From NCBI RefSeq assembly GCF_009914755.1, contig NC_060928.1: a stretch of 64,000 bases of DNA. The stretch is one strand, 5' to 3'. Each line of letters starts with the position of its first letter. Positions within the stretch are counted from its first letter, which is position 1. The position numbers and the translations under genes are program-made. This DNA is from the human T2T-CHM13v2.0 reference genome, Homo sapiens. The notes under the pieces were generated by a model. It ran no database searches. It had not been told where the DNA came from and saw only the letters and a list, made by a program, of their open reading frames with translations. Shown here piece after piece: positions 40,276 to 55,612 of the stretch.

Positions 40276-43229
40276 GTGAGAGAAAGATGTCTCTTATTAA
40301 TTGGACTTTAATTAGGCTATAGGAATTGTGGAAGTTGGAGGAGAATCCAGTTATATTTATGGTTAGTATGAGCATTGAATAATTAGCAACATGGTAAAAG
40401 AAACAGACACAAAGATTATGAGGGAAAACAGAAGTGGAAAGTTGGAGGCAGAGGAATAATGTTATACTGGCAGGCGGAGTGAGATGAAAGATAAGTAATG
40501 TAAGTGTCAACAAGTTAAATAGAGCAATGGAAATTGTGTTTGAACAGTCTTTTGATGGAAAATGAAAGCTCAAAACACACAGGTTTGTGCTGTGACCTGA
40601 GGCAAATTTTGGAGTTGCTTTGTCTGGTTGAGGCTGAGACAAATTGTTTCTATTCTTAAGCATGGCAGCTTTGTGGTCTAGCATAGCAAGTGGGGAGGTT
40701 GGCTGTTGGACATTAGTTGGGATTAAACATGTCAGGAACCATCCTTACATCACAAGCTTCTAGAAGGGATACTTTTCATGGTTTCATTTACCATACTCCT
40801 TTGTGGTATATTTTGCTAGTATTTGTAGTCTATTCTCCCATAAGTGGGTCGTAAATTTTCACTATTTTCATCACACTATAAATGATTAAACCATACATAT
40901 TGCTTAGCATTTCTCAACTTTCTGGATGTTTGGTAGAAGAAACTGACAAGCAGTTGTTAAACACGTTCTCTAAGAACCTTAATAACAGTTAAGCCTCAAG
41001 CTGTCTTGGTGACTAATCAAGCACAGGAGATTAGTAACACCACTACAGGCATGCTTTGTGCCAGGCCAACACTTAGTGAAAATTTTAATGTTTCATGAAA
41101 AAGGATCCAGATTTCCTGCAACTGATCTCACATCCAGTTTTTTTTTTGTAATAAAGCAGTGAAAATCACTAGAGAAAAGGAACATCAAAAGTGAATTCTT
41201 TTATACAAGAAAAAGACCCAAAGCAAAACTTAGAAGTCACAGAATAAAGAACCTTGGAAGTCATCTTGTCAGAAAAACACATGGCGATCCTATAACATCA
41301 TCTCCTTTCCACAGACATGGGCGTAATTAAAGAGAAATCTTGATATTCTTTTCTGCTGAATACAAATCTGTTCCTAAAATCTGAAAACACTGGCTCACAC
41401 AGCTACAGAAAATTAATACAGAGAGCTGGCATGTTTCCTATTAATTTTTCCCCCTTAATGATATATGTTCATCAAAGAGAAAAGGAAACAGAAAAGGGAT
41501 AGAGGCTGTCTAGCACAAGTCCAAGTTATACAGTAAGTCATGACTAGAACTCAGATTCATCAGCTTCCCAATCTAGAAACAATCCCTTTATCATTTTATG
41601 CAGTAGCTGGTCTGCTTTGTGTGAGAAAAAGGTAGATCTGTGTGTTAAACATAAATTATTCCTAATGAAAAAAAAAATAAAGTCTCTCCTACAGACTGAA
41701 TTAGCTTTTCTCCTAGTTCATTCGTTGAACCAGAACACATCTATAGAGATGCTGAGCCAGTACTACCGTTGTACCCTTTTACAGATGAGATGTGAGACTC
41801 AGTGGTGTGAGTCTGCAATCTCCAAAGTGCTGCCTCCAATGATTAAGGGTAGCTGTCCTTTTGCTTTTAGCAGCTTTTAGAAGAGCAATATTTTAGGCTT
41901 CATAGATCTGTCTAATGAGGAGAGGGAACCTATGTTTTCTGATAAGGAGAGAAAAGCAAACTAGAAAAAGAAGAGAATTAGAATGGAAATTAAAATACAT
42001 GGCATTTTAGCATTTTGCTTCATTGTTTTGCCATGCCGAGGCCCCACTTTCACTAATCTCCTTATATTTTTTTCCTTTGAGCACATGAATAGTACCAAAA
42101 TATTTTTGGGATTGAGATTGTGGATCTCACAATTGAAATGCTATTCATTTCAGAATATTGTGAGATTGGCATTGTGGAGTTTGCAATGGATTTAGCAACC
42201 ATTTTATTTTAGAACAATGTGGAACTTAAATCATACTTTGCCTCTTTGTTAAGTGTCAGCCTTATAGAGACCTTTCTATTTTCTGTTCCTTCTTTTTATC
42301 ACTCCCAAACTGTACTTACATTGGACTCTAGGAACAGAATTCTATCTTTGCTACCTCTGACATTTTCCTTTGCCAACTCTCCATTTTCTAGTATGTAATT
42401 TGTTCCACATAATGCAAAACATTCCCCTTTGCCTTGGGAAAAACCTAGAGATAAGAAATTATCCAAAACATATAACTGGATCTTATACATTCTTCTAGGC
42501 TAAATTTCTTATATTTCTACTTTCTTTTTAGTATTTCATTATATGCATTGTGCTTGCAATCTATCTCAAATTCACTGGGAATTTGAGGGTCAAGGGAATA
42601 AATACTGCTTTCCTTCTAAGAGATTCTTATCAGCCTTATTCCATCTCTGAATCATTGATATCTAAAATAATTGAAATGCCTATGAATTAACTTAACCGAC
42701 ATAGCAAAAGAGTTTTACAATTTCCTATACTCATTGGTGAGTTTTTGAAATTTAAAAAGAAATTTCCATAAAATAAGGAACTGGACATATCAGATAACAC
42801 CGAAGAACAGTGAAATATACACTTGAATACAAGGAGTAAAAGTTGTAGACCAACCAGTGTGATCTAATGGCCAGCATCCTCTTTGTAAACAATTCATCTC
42901 TAAAATGCTGTCATTCTCAAATGCTAGTGCTTTTCTGGTCTTCTCCAAACTGTAAAATTTTGCACCTAGAATTTAGAATAGAAGGAAAATTTTTACAGAA
43001 TCCCACAGAGTAAATTGACCTTTTGAAGTTTTTCATTAAAATTCCTTTTACTTTCTCTAATTGTGAGGAAACTTAACCTTGGTTTACTTAAGTCTCAGGT
43101 TTTCTTCAAAATTCTATTATCCCACCACTTCATCTCTTAGATTTTTTTGCAAAATACCTGTCAGCAAAATCACTGCACCAAGTGATGCAACTCAGAATTC
43201 AGTGTAGGAAAAAGAATGTTCTGGTCAGA

Positions 43230-43700
43230 ATTTTCCGTAATAGCTATAGTAGTTAAGCAATCCCCAAAATCACCAATGCAGAATGGACAAATGCCATATG
43301 GCACAATTAGATAATTTTTAAAAACCACATAACAATGAAATGGAGGAACTGCAGCTGCCTGCAACAACATGGATGAATCTTAGAAATGCAAAGGAAAAAC
43401 ATGTGTACTCTACAACTCTCCATTATGTATATTTCAAAAATTGGCACAGCAAAACTATAAATTTTAGGTAGGGAAACCTAAATGATAAAAGAACAAAGCA
43501 AAATGAGGAAATGATGACTCATGAATGTTAAGATAGTGGTGATTTTTGAGGAAAAAGGAGAGTGTTGTCATTTTAAAAGGTTATATAGAAAGACACATTT
43601 GCCCTCAATAGCACATACATAGATGTGTGGTTTGTAGTAATTTATCAGACTGCACATATTGTTTTATGCTCTTTTTATATGTGTGGGGGTTTTGTGTAAT
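43230..43700 (+). mobile_element. Old L1ME-type 3' fragment
   Basis: GAATGGACAAAT...CAACAACATGGATGAATCT...AAGATAGTGGT. Confidence 0.55.
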
Positions 43701-44186
43701 GGACTAAATTTATGTAATGGACTGAATTTATTCCACTCATATTTTCATACATAAATAGTATATGATTTTATATTGTTTCATGAAATGTTAATGCTGTACA
43801 TAGAGTTGCAAAAAGGTTTGTACTCTTTAACTTCATTTTTTTTAATTTATGAAGATGTGCATTATAGCATTACTTCTAATAGAAAACAAAACTGGTAGCA
43901 ACCTAACAATCAACAATAGCTAAGCCATTAGACAAACTATGGTAATTAACTTCGTGGAAAATTATACTATTATCAAAATAATCATAATTATGTAACAGCA
44001 TGGAAACATAATATTAAAATGGAATGTTGAGTATTGTAATTGGAAACATGTAAAAGTATGTATACATATGGAAAAACACTAAACGTAGTCAAGTTTTGTG
44101 GAATTAAATAATTTTAGAATAAATGTTTTCTGTTTTCTAGGCTTTCTGTACTTTGATGTATTTTATTAAAAATTAAATAAGCACGT

Positions 44187-45190
<1,004 letters not shown>

Positions 45191-45497
45191 GACAGTATAA
45201 TTACAAAGTCACCGCTACGGCATGTGGAAGTAGTTAACTTCCCAATAAAGAAAAGCTGAGGAAAAAATTCACCACATTCCAGATTCACCCTTGAACTTCT
45301 AGAACTGACATGTCCTGGTTTCAGTCCATGTGTGACTCCCTGTCAGCCTTCAGCTAGAGTCACTGAGGGAACTGCGATCCCAGTGAGGGCTGCATCCTGC
45401 AGGTACTCTTCTGGTCATGGAAGAGCATGGGACATACATCACAGGGCCCAGCAAGATGTCTGTGCTTTCCTGTGGCTTCCGTTCCTGGGTTCTTTAA

Positions 45498-45715
45498 TTA
45501 TGGCAACTCTGGTTTCGACTTGAACCATCTGATTTCAAATGATCTTTCTGTCATTCTGTCTGTGTTACAGAATCTGAGAAACTGTCAGAGCCAGAAGGAG
45601 CCAAAGTTATGCTAACTCTGGTTTAGACTTGAACCATCTGATTTCAAATGATCTTTCTCTCATTCCGTCTGTGTTGTAGAGTCTGAGAAACTGTCAGAGC
45701 CAGCAGGAGCCAAAG
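45498..45715. repeat. 109-bp tandem duplication
   Basis: Units at 45498-45606 and 45607-45715; 9 mismatches, no indels. Confidence 0.95.
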
Positions 45716-45737
45716 ACGCATGGTATCCCAGACTCAA

Positions 45738-45990
45738 CTATTTGTCACGGTTCTGTGGGATGAGGGGCTTAACTGGGTGGCTCTTGCTTGAGGTCTTTCA
45801 TATGGTTGTAGCCAGATGAAGGCTGGAGTTGGAATAATTTGAATGCTTGACTATATAGACCGTACAAGACGGATTCTTCACACACATCTGGGATAACTGG
45901 CTACCTTGGGCTTCCTTAGTGTATGGTGGTCTCAGGAAAGTCAGATCCCTTACCTGGCAAGTAGCTTACCCTAGGCCATGCCTCCAAAGA
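45738..45990 (-). mobile_element. MLT1-type MaLR LTR fragment
   Basis: TCACGGTTCTGTGGG...GGGCTTAACTGGGTGG...GGCTGGAGTT pattern. Confidence 0.55.
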
Positions 45991-46378
45991 ATATAATAGA
46001 TGCTCTGTGTGTTATTTTTCAAAATAAAAATATATTTAAAAGCATAAAATGTAATATATCCTAAAAATTACATATTTGCTTCATTGTTTATTACACATTT
46101 GTCATGATAGAATCTGTACTCCATGAGGATATAAACCACTTCACTCAGCACTGTATACTCTATGCTCAGTACTTAGCATGTGCTTATTAGTTTTGTTGAA
46201 TAAATTAACAAGTGGAAGTATTGGCAATTAGTTAAACTTGTGTGCCCCTGAAAAACTCTTATTATGCAGTATTTATTATGGATAAACATTGCGGAATATT
46301 TTAAAAATTAAAAGTCAAGCTAGCTTTGTAATTACTAGTTAAATTGAAGAAAGTGAAGAGATAAAGTGGCCATCACAA

Positions 46379-46785
46379 TGTTGAGAGACAATCCTCCATG
46401 GTATCACATTTCTGTATATCTTGCAAGTAGAGGCTCTACCTTCTAAAAGATGTTTGTCTACCCTCCAGAGCAAAAGACAGGTTTGCTTACTGTTTATTCT
46501 AAAAGATGTGGATTTCCTGAACTCAGAATTCCTGTTTTGTAATGCAACCTACTGTGTTTGCAGGTTCCATCTGGTCCCCTTTATATTGCCCTGTGTGTAT
46601 TGGAACTCAGGTAACTGAGACAAATGCTGATATTCTGGCTATTGCCTGTGCCATAGATAATGTAGGGTCTTTTTTCTCTAAAAAGGGAGTCATGTGTTTT
46701 CTACAGCATCTATGAAACTATGGCAGGCTAACTTGTTAGCTTTCAGAGAGAGTGAAATGTCAGACTCCTCACAGTTCTTTATACA
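46379..46785 (+). mobile_element. LTR47-like ERVL solo LTR
   Basis: Starts TGTTGAGAGACAATCCTCCATGG and ends GGCAGGCTAACTTGTTAGC...CACAGTTCTTT. Confidence 0.7.
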
Positions 46786-47169
46786 CTGATGTTATCTTAG
46801 GAAGCTCCTAGGACACAAGAAATCTGAATAGAACTTAGCTACATCTATAGCTTATTTTTAACATGCATATTTAATAGTAAATCACCGGAAGCCCTGGCAA
46901 TTTATTTTAATAAATAATTATACTATTTCTAAGGAAATGTTTTCAGTTATCACATTAAAGTTGACCTTTACTTTACCCCAAACAACTGTTCTAAATGAAA
47001 TAGAATGCTAAAAGTGAAAAAGAACAATGAAAGCATTTCTTCTTAACTTTCCCGTTTATTTGTGAATACCAAGTGTTAAGCTTTTTTCCTCACATATAGG
47101 GTATTTGCACCAACTCTTATAAACAAATATGAAAATTGGATTTCTTAAATGAAGTCCTAAAAAATGATA

Positions 47170-47527
47170 CAGTAGCCCACCCTTATCCGTGGTTTCACTT
47201 TCCGTGGTTTCACTTTCCTTGGTTTCAGTTCAACATGATCTACCGTGGTCCATGGTGAGTACAGTACGGTAAGACATTTGAGGAAAAGAGGGAGACCACA
47301 TTCACATAACATTTATTATAATACATTGTTATATTTCTTCTATGTTATTAGTTGTTTATCTCTTCCTTTGTCTAATTTATAAATTAAACTCTCTCATAGG
47401 TATGTATCTATAGGAAAAAATATAGTGTACATAGAGTTCAGTACTATCTGCAGTTTCAGACATCCATTGGGGGTCTTGGGATGTATCCCCCATGGGATGA
47501 ATTACTATAGTAAGGGTGAATTACTAT
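47170..47527 (+). mobile_element. MER44A (Tigger-derived MITE)
   Basis: TA then CAGTAGCCCACCCTTATCCGTGGTTTC...GACCACATTCACATAAC...GGGGTCTTGG..GTATCCCCC. Confidence 0.88.
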
Positions 47528-47717
47528 ATTTCTCAATACTCAGTACACTAAAATTATATTAATAGCTAATATTTCAAAAAAAATCAAAGCTAATGTATCT
47601 TACAGGACATTACACAGTAGGTAGTTTGGACATGGAAATGTAAGAACGATAGGAAACCAAAATGCAAAGGGTTTTACTTTACTTTCTGAAAAGAAAAATG
47701 GCTTGAAAATAAATACC

Positions 47718-50700
47718 TTGTAAATTTGTTTAGGGTCCTTCCAGATACTGGATACTATCCCTTTGTCAGATGGATAGATAGCAAAAATTTTCTCCCATTC
47801 TGTAGGTTGCCTGTTTTCTTTGAGCATAGTTTCTTTTGCTGTGCAGAAGCTCTTTAGTTTAATTAGATCCCATTTGTCAATTCTGGCTTTCGTTGCCATT
47901 GCTTTTGTTGTTTTAGTCATGAAGTCTTTGCTCATACCTATGTCCTGAATGGTATTGCGTAGATGTTCTTCTAGGGTTGTTATGGTTTTAGGTCTTTCAT
48001 TTAAGTCTTTAATCCGTCTTGAGTTAATTTTTGTATAAAGTGTTTTAGCTAGCCAGTTTTCCCAACACCATTTATTAAATAGGGAATCTTTCCCTATTGC
48101 TTGTTTTTGTAGGTTTGTCAAAGATCAGATGGTTGTAGATGTGTGGCATTATTTCTGAGGCCTCTGTTCTGTTCCATTGATCTATATGTCTGTTTTGGTA
48201 CTAGTACCATGCTGTTTTGGTCGCCCTAGCCTTGTAGTATCGTTTGAAGTCAGGTGGCGTGATACCTCCAGCTTTGTTCTTTTTGCTTAGGACTGTCTTG
48301 GCTATACAGGTTCTTTTTTGGTTCCATATGACATTTAAAGTAGTTTTTTTTCTAATTCTGTGAAGAAAGTCAACGGTAGCTTGATGGAGATAGCATTGAA
48401 TCTATAAATTACTTTGGGCAGTATTGCCATTTTCACAACATTGATTCTTCCTATCCATGAGCATGCAATGTATTTCCACTGGGTTGTGTCCTCTCTGATT
48501 TCCTTGAGTAGTGGTTTGTATTTCTCCTTGAAGAGGTCCTTCGCATCCCTTGTAAATTGTATTCCTAGGTATTGTATTCTCTTTGTAGCAAGTGTGAATG
48601 GGATTTCACTCACGATTTGGCCTTCTGTTTGTCTATTATTGGTGTATAGGAATGCTTGTGATTTTTGCACATTGATTTTGTATCCTGAGGTTTTGCTGAA
48701 GTCGCTTATCAGCTTAAGGAAATTTTTGGCTGAGATGATGGGGTTTTCTAAATATACAATTATGTCATCTGCAAACAGAGACAATTTGACTTCCTCTCAT
48801 CCTATCTGAATACACTTTATTTATTTCTCTTGACTGATTTCCCTGGCATAACCTCCAATACTATGTTGGATAGGAGTGGTGAGAGAGAACATCCTTGTCT
48901 TGTGCCAGTTTTCAAAGGGAATGCTTCCAGCTTTTTTCCATTCAGTATGATATTGGTTGTGGGTTTGTCATATTATTATTATTTTGAGATACATTCCATC
49001 AATACCTAGTTTGTTGAGAGTTTTTAGCATTAAGGGGTGTTGAATTTTATCAAAGGCTTTTTCTGCATCTATTGAGATAATGATTGTTTCTCTTTATGTG
49101 ATGGATTACGTTTATTGATTTGCATATGTTGAACCACCCTTGCATCCCAGGGATGAAGCCAACTTGATCATAGTGGATAAGCTTTTTGATGTGCTTCTGG
49201 ATTCAGTTTTCCAGTATTTTATTGAGGATTTTCACATCGATGTTCATCAGGGATATTGGCCTGAAATTTTCTTTTTTTGTGTCTCAGCCAGGTTTTGGTA
49301 TCAGGATGATGCTGGCCCCATAAAACGAGTTAGGGAAGATTCCCTTTTATTCTGTTGATTGGAATAGTTGCAGAAGGAATGGTACCAGCTCCCCTTTGTA
49401 CCTCTGGTAGAATTTGGCTGTGAATCTGTCTGGTCCTGGGCTTTTTTTGGTTAGTAGGCTATTAATTACTGCCTCAATCAGAACTTACTATTGGTCTATT
49501 CAGGGATTTGACTTCTTCCTGATTTAGTCTTGGGAGGGTGTATGTGTCCAGGAATTTATCCATTTCTTCTAGATTTTCTAGTTTATTTGCATAGAGGTGT
49601 TTATAGTATTCTCTGATGGTAGTTTGTATTTCTGTGGGATGAGTGGAGATACCCCTTTATTGTTTTTTATTATGTCTATTTGATCCTCCTCTCTTTTCTT
49701 CTTTATTAGTCTGGCTAACAGTCTATCTATTTTTTTAATCTTTTAAAAAAGCCAGCTGCTGGATTCACTGATTTTTTGAAGGGTTTTTCATGTCTCTATC
49801 TCCTTGAGTTCTGCTCTAATCTTAGTTATTTCTTGTCTTCTGCTAGCTTTTGAATTTGTTTGCTCTTGCTTCTCTAGTTCTTGTAATTTTGATGTTACAG
49901 TGTTGATTTTAGATCTGTCTTGCTTTCTCTTGTGGGTATTTAGTGCTATAAATTTCCCTCTAAACACCGCTTTAGCTGTGTCCCAGAGATTCTGGCACAT
50001 TGTGTCTTTGTTCTCATTGGTTTCAAATAATTTATTTATTTCTGCCTTCATTTCATTATTTACCTAGTAGTCATTTACAGGCATGTTGTTCAGTTTCCAC
50101 GTAGTTGTGTGGTTTTGAGTGAGTTTCTTAATCCTGAGTTCTAATTTGATTGCACTGTGGTCTGAGAGACTGTTTGTTATGATTTCTGTTCTTTTGCATT
50201 TGCTGAGGAGTGTTTTACTTTCAATTATATAGTCAATTTTAGAATAAGTGCAATGTGGTGCTAGCAGAATTTATATTCTGTTGATTTGGGGTGGAGAGTT
50301 CTATAGATGTCTATTAGGTCCACTTGTTCCATATCTGAGTTCAAGTCCTGAATATCCTTGTTAATTTTCTGTTTCATTGATCTATCTAATATTGACAGGG
50401 GGTGTTAAAGTCTCCCACTACTATTGTGTGGGAGTCTAAGTCTCTTTGTAGGTCTCTAAGAACTTGCTTTATGAATCTGAGTGCTCCTGTATTGGGTACA
50501 TATATAATTAGGATAGTTAGCTCTTGTTGCATTGATCCCTTTACCATTATGTAATGCTCTTCTTTGCCTTTTTTGATCTTTGTTGGTTTAAAGTCTGTTT
50601 TATCAGAGACTAGGATTGCAAACCCTGCTTTTCTTGCTTTCCATATACTTGGTAAATATTCCTCCATCCCTTTATTTTGAGCCTATGTGTGTCTTTCCCC

Positions 50701-51805
50701 ATGAGATGGGTCTCCTGAATACAGCACAGTGATAGGTTTTGAATCTTTATCCAATTTGCCAGTCTGTGTCTTTTAATTGGGGCATTTAGCTCATTTACAT
50801 TTAAGGTTAATATTGTTATGTGTGAATCTGATCCTGTCATTATGATGCTAGCTGGTTATTTTACCCATTAGTTGATGCAGTTTCTTCATCATTTACAATT
50901 TGGTATGTTTTTGCAGTGGCTGGTACAGCTTTTTCCTTTTCATATTTAGTGCTTCCTTCAGAAGTTTTGTAAGGCATCAAAAAGTGGGCAAAGCATATGA
51001 ACAGACACTTCTCAAAAGAAGACATTTATGTGGCCAACAAACATTTGAAAAAAAGCTCATCATCACTGGTCATTAGAGAAATGCAAATCAAAACCACAAT
51101 GAGATATCATCTCATGCCAATTAGAATGGCAATCATTAAAAAGTCAGAAAACAATAGATCCTGGAGAGGATGTGAAGAAACAGGCTTTTACATTGTTGGT
51201 GGGAGTGTAAGTTAGTTCTACCATTGTGGAAGACAGTGTGGCAATTCCTCAAAGATCTAGAACCAGAAATACCATTTGACCCAGCAATCCCATTACTGGG
51301 TGTATACCCAAAGGATTATAAATCATTCTACTCAAAAAACACAAGTACACATATGTTTATTGCAGCACTATTCCCAATAGCAAAGACTTGAAACCAAACC
51401 AAATGCCTATCAATGATAAACTGGGTAAAGAAAATGTGGCACATATACACCATGGAATATTATGCAGCCATAAAGAAGATGAGTTCATGTCCTTTGCAGG
51501 GACATGGATGAATCTGGAAACCATCATTCTCAGCAAACTAACACAGGAACAGAAAACCAAACACCACATCTTCTCACTCACAAGTGGGAGTTGAACAATG
51601 AAAACACATGGACACATGAAGGGGAACATCACACACCAGGGCCTGTTGCGGGGTGGGGGATTAGGGGAGGGATAGCATTAAGACAAATACCTAATGTAGG
51701 TGACGGGTTGATGGGTGCAGCAAACTACCATGGCACGTGTATATCTATGTAACAAACCTGCACATTCTGCCCATGTATCTCATAACTTAAAGTATAATAA
51801 AAAAA
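47718..51805 (+). mobile_element. L1PA7/8-like LINE-1 with 5' inversion (47718-50976 antisense; 50975-51805 sense)
   Basis: Antisense part covers the ORF1 end, endonuclease (MTGSDSHITILTLNVN; VGDFNTP) and RT (SLFADD). Sense part covers the ORF2 end, 3' UTR and A tail. TSD GAAAATAAATACC at 47705-47717 and 51806-51818. Confidence 0.95.
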
Positions 51806-52407
51806 GAAAATAAATACCATATTGTTTATAACAACTTACAATGGTCAAAATAACTCCCATAAAAATTATAGATGTCCCCACTCTACTCAACACCATTAAA
51901 TATTCTGTAGCTAATTAACTCTAGCTATTGCCAGTGGGGTTTTCTCTTAATTTTGTTTGATGGCCAGTTGGGGTTATGCCATAATAGTTTAGAAAAGTCA
52001 CTAAAAATCATGAGAGTGCTCCCCACATGCCAGGGCATTCCAGACCTCTGCCACCTAATCTCTAAACTTACATAATATTATTAAGCACTATGAGGTAGCT
52101 ATTAAGAGACTGTCACACCCTTAAATCAAATTACTTCAAAATATGTTTTCCTGTAATGTCCATGGCTCATTATCACAGTTGGATAGAGAACTGTGCTAAC
52201 AATTCCAAGCTCATGGAACTGCCTTCATGACAGTCAGAGGGATTTGCTACGCTCCATGATCAGCTATTTCTTTCAAATGCACGCAGTTATTTATGGAGTT
52301 ACCAACATAGCAAGTGATTACATTGTTATTATTGGGCAAGCTACCCAGTAAAGACCTAAACTTGAGATGGTATTGTCATCTCCATTCGTGAAAGATAGCT
52401 CTGTTCT

Positions 52408-52409
52408 AT

Positions 52410-52452
<43 letters not shown>

Positions 52453-52734
52453 TTGAGACAGTCTTGCTCTGTTGCCCAGGCTAGAGTGCAGTGGTGCGAT
52501 CTCGGCTCACTGCAACCTCCATCTCCAGGTTCAAGTGATTCTCTTGCCTCGGCCTCCTTAGTAGCTGGGACTACAGGCACATGCCGCCATGCCTGGATAA
52601 TTTTTTGTATTTTAGTAGAGATGGGGTATCACTGTGTTGCCCAGACTGCTCTCAAACTCCTGAGCTCAGGCAATTTGCATCTCCTTGGCCTCCCAAAGTA
52701 CTGGAATTACAGGTGTGAGCCACCGCGCCTGGCC
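52408..52734 (-). mobile_element. AluS, antisense, with (TTTA)n tail
   Basis: (ATTT)n, then GAGACAGTCTTGCTCT...CCACCGCGCCTGGCC. Confidence 0.95.
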
Positions 52735-54875
52735 TACTCTATTTTTTAAGTCCTATAACATGGAGTCTTTTCAAACAAAGCTTTCCCTTCATTTACAGAT
52801 ATTTTATAACTTATTAAATTATATCACCTATTTTTTCTCTGTATATGGCTTCATCCTTATTACAGTTATTATTTATTAAGAAAAATGATGTGATGGACAC
52901 TTTGTTAGGTGCTTTCAGACCTTCCCTCATTTAATACTCACAATAGGTATTACTAGCCCCATTTTATAGACTATAAAACTAAAGCTTAGAAAGATCATAC
53001 ATTGGTCACAAAGCCATATGTCTGTCTAATGGGTATCAAAGCAGGTTAAAATTTATACATTTTTGACCACAAGAACCACTTCTTTGTTAACATGTTTCTT
53101 TGAGGAACCAAAATAGTTAGACTTATATTTGTTTACTGATTTACCAAATATTATTAGGGTTTGTACCACATTCCAGACTATGATCTCGTCACTGGTATTT
53201 CAGTAGTAAGCAATCCATACAAGATTTCTGCCCTCCTGCCATTTACATGTGGGAGGCAAATACACATAAATAAAATTATAACTTCAGGTAGTGTTTAATG
53301 CTATACTTTATTTATCAATTGCTGCATAAGCCATTCCAGAAGTAAGGGACCTAAAACAATACTTTATGGTCCTGATTTTGTCATGGGTGAACTGGTCAGT
53401 TCCTTTAGTCCTTACTGGGCTCACTCATGGGGCTGGCACCCTTACTTATATAGTGGGACCTTGGTACTGGCTGGCGGGATCAGCCTATCATTATTCAGTA
53501 GTCAGGTCTAGGCATCATCACACAGAGGTGGAACAAGAGGAAAAAAGCAGAAACTTGTGAGTCTGGGCAGCAGTTTCTGAGGTGCTTTATCTGCTCTTCC
53601 TACCTACAGCCCAGAAAAGCAATAAAAATATTTTTTAAGCTCATAACACAACAAAGACAGATTGATAGATAAATATTAGTAGAATCTTAAAAATAACAAG
53701 GATAATGAAATTTGTCTAAAATCATAAGCACTAGTCCACCGTGCTATATTCAGCCAGGGATATGTGAATGCATCTTTCTTAAAGGAGATTTTAAAATATT
53801 TTTTCTCTCTTCTCTGCCCCATCCGCCCACAGTTCACCTCATCTGAAAAACACAATATTTAATGTACTTCTAATGCAAGAGTGCTGATTTTTAAAGCAAT
53901 CAGAAAGCCTCTCCTGCAAGTTTGTTATTACACTTTGCCTTTCTAAATCTAATTAAAAATTACAATTCCATGAAAGCTTCTGAGTAGAAATCGATGCAGG
54001 AAACGAACCAGCAGGGGCTCACTCCATCTTGAGAGGTGAGGACACCACAAGAAAAATATTGTGGATGGGGTTTTAAAAAGGCAGTGAGAAATGGAGATTC
54101 TAGTTTCACATGCACTAGAGCTTTTCACAGTGTCAGTGTGCCAAACAGTGGAGCCAGGAAAAGATCCCAGAATAGATTTTGTAGATTAAAGCCTGCTCTG
54201 AAGGGTGAATCAGGGTAACAGTCATAGCCCAGTCCGGCATTCAGTCACTAACCTGAGGAGACTCTAGAAGTATGCATGTGGACCAAGGATTGAGACAAAG
54301 GGTAATACACTGTTGAATTAGGAGACCAGTACTCCTTACCTTAGGCAACAACAACAGAAACAAAACTTCCTACCTAAGTCAGGGATACATGCGCTTACTA
54401 GGCACATTCTTTTCAATACCTCTCCTATCTTTGGTCAGACATCCAGGTCGAATACATGGTGCCATACATTTTTATGACTCAGAGAAGAACATTGTATGGT
54501 TGAGGCTCTGGCAAATAAGAACATAGGTGCTAAATTTTTAATCAAAAATGCTGGAAGAAAAATTCTGCAGAAAGAATTGTCTTGTGAGTTGTTTGTGCTT
54601 AAAACTTTGCCTATGATGGTGAAATGATAAAAATGAATTTTAACTCTGAATAGAACTTGACTGATACAGAGTTTTAGAAAGCTCTCCTATACTGTTATTT
54701 TTTTTTCCTTTTAATTAAAAAATCTGCTAAAGGTGCCCTAATCAGAAGACCCCTGACCCCACCACACACACATAAAACAAGGTAGAGATGTTTATTTTAA
54801 TTTTGGTTAGAAACTGAAATTGAACTTAGAGGTTCTTAGGAAACTGATAACTAATTTTTGCACAATTTTGAATAG

Positions 54876-55212
<337 letters not shown>

Positions 55213-55612
55213 TTGAATAGATAGTATTTTTGACAAAAAGAGTAAGGGGTTATAAATGTTAGAAACCATAGTCATTGAGTTGGTATTGTAGTTAATAATG
55301 TTAATTAGACATTTTATATCATCATCATTTTAAGGATGCATTTACTTTTTTAATTCAGTTTAATTGCAGATACATTTTTATTAATAAATTAGATAATTAT
55401 TTGGAAATATTCATTTTTAGAGGTAAGCAAATATTCCTTATTAACCGCTGTTTTGAAGATTTATATTATAACAGAATATAACGCAATGAGGATAAGCATG
55501 ACATGTTTCATCTCTGCAAGCTAGTTAGAAGCCTGAAACCTGTTTTTAGTTTAATGTATTTAGATAATGCTTAAGAATTGCCATTATGTCATTTCTTGTG
55601 TTTTCATTTATT

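Noticed and set aside
40232-40684. 150-aa minus-strand ORF
   Set aside because: No recognisable domain. The L/S/F-rich composition is expected from the antisense of purine-rich DNA, and it overlaps a MIR relic.
47600-50840. L1 ORF2 fragments (173, 149, 93, 87 and 76 aa) as active CDS
   Set aside because: Fragmented and inverted, with no 5' UTR and most of ORF1 missing, so retrotransposition-dead.
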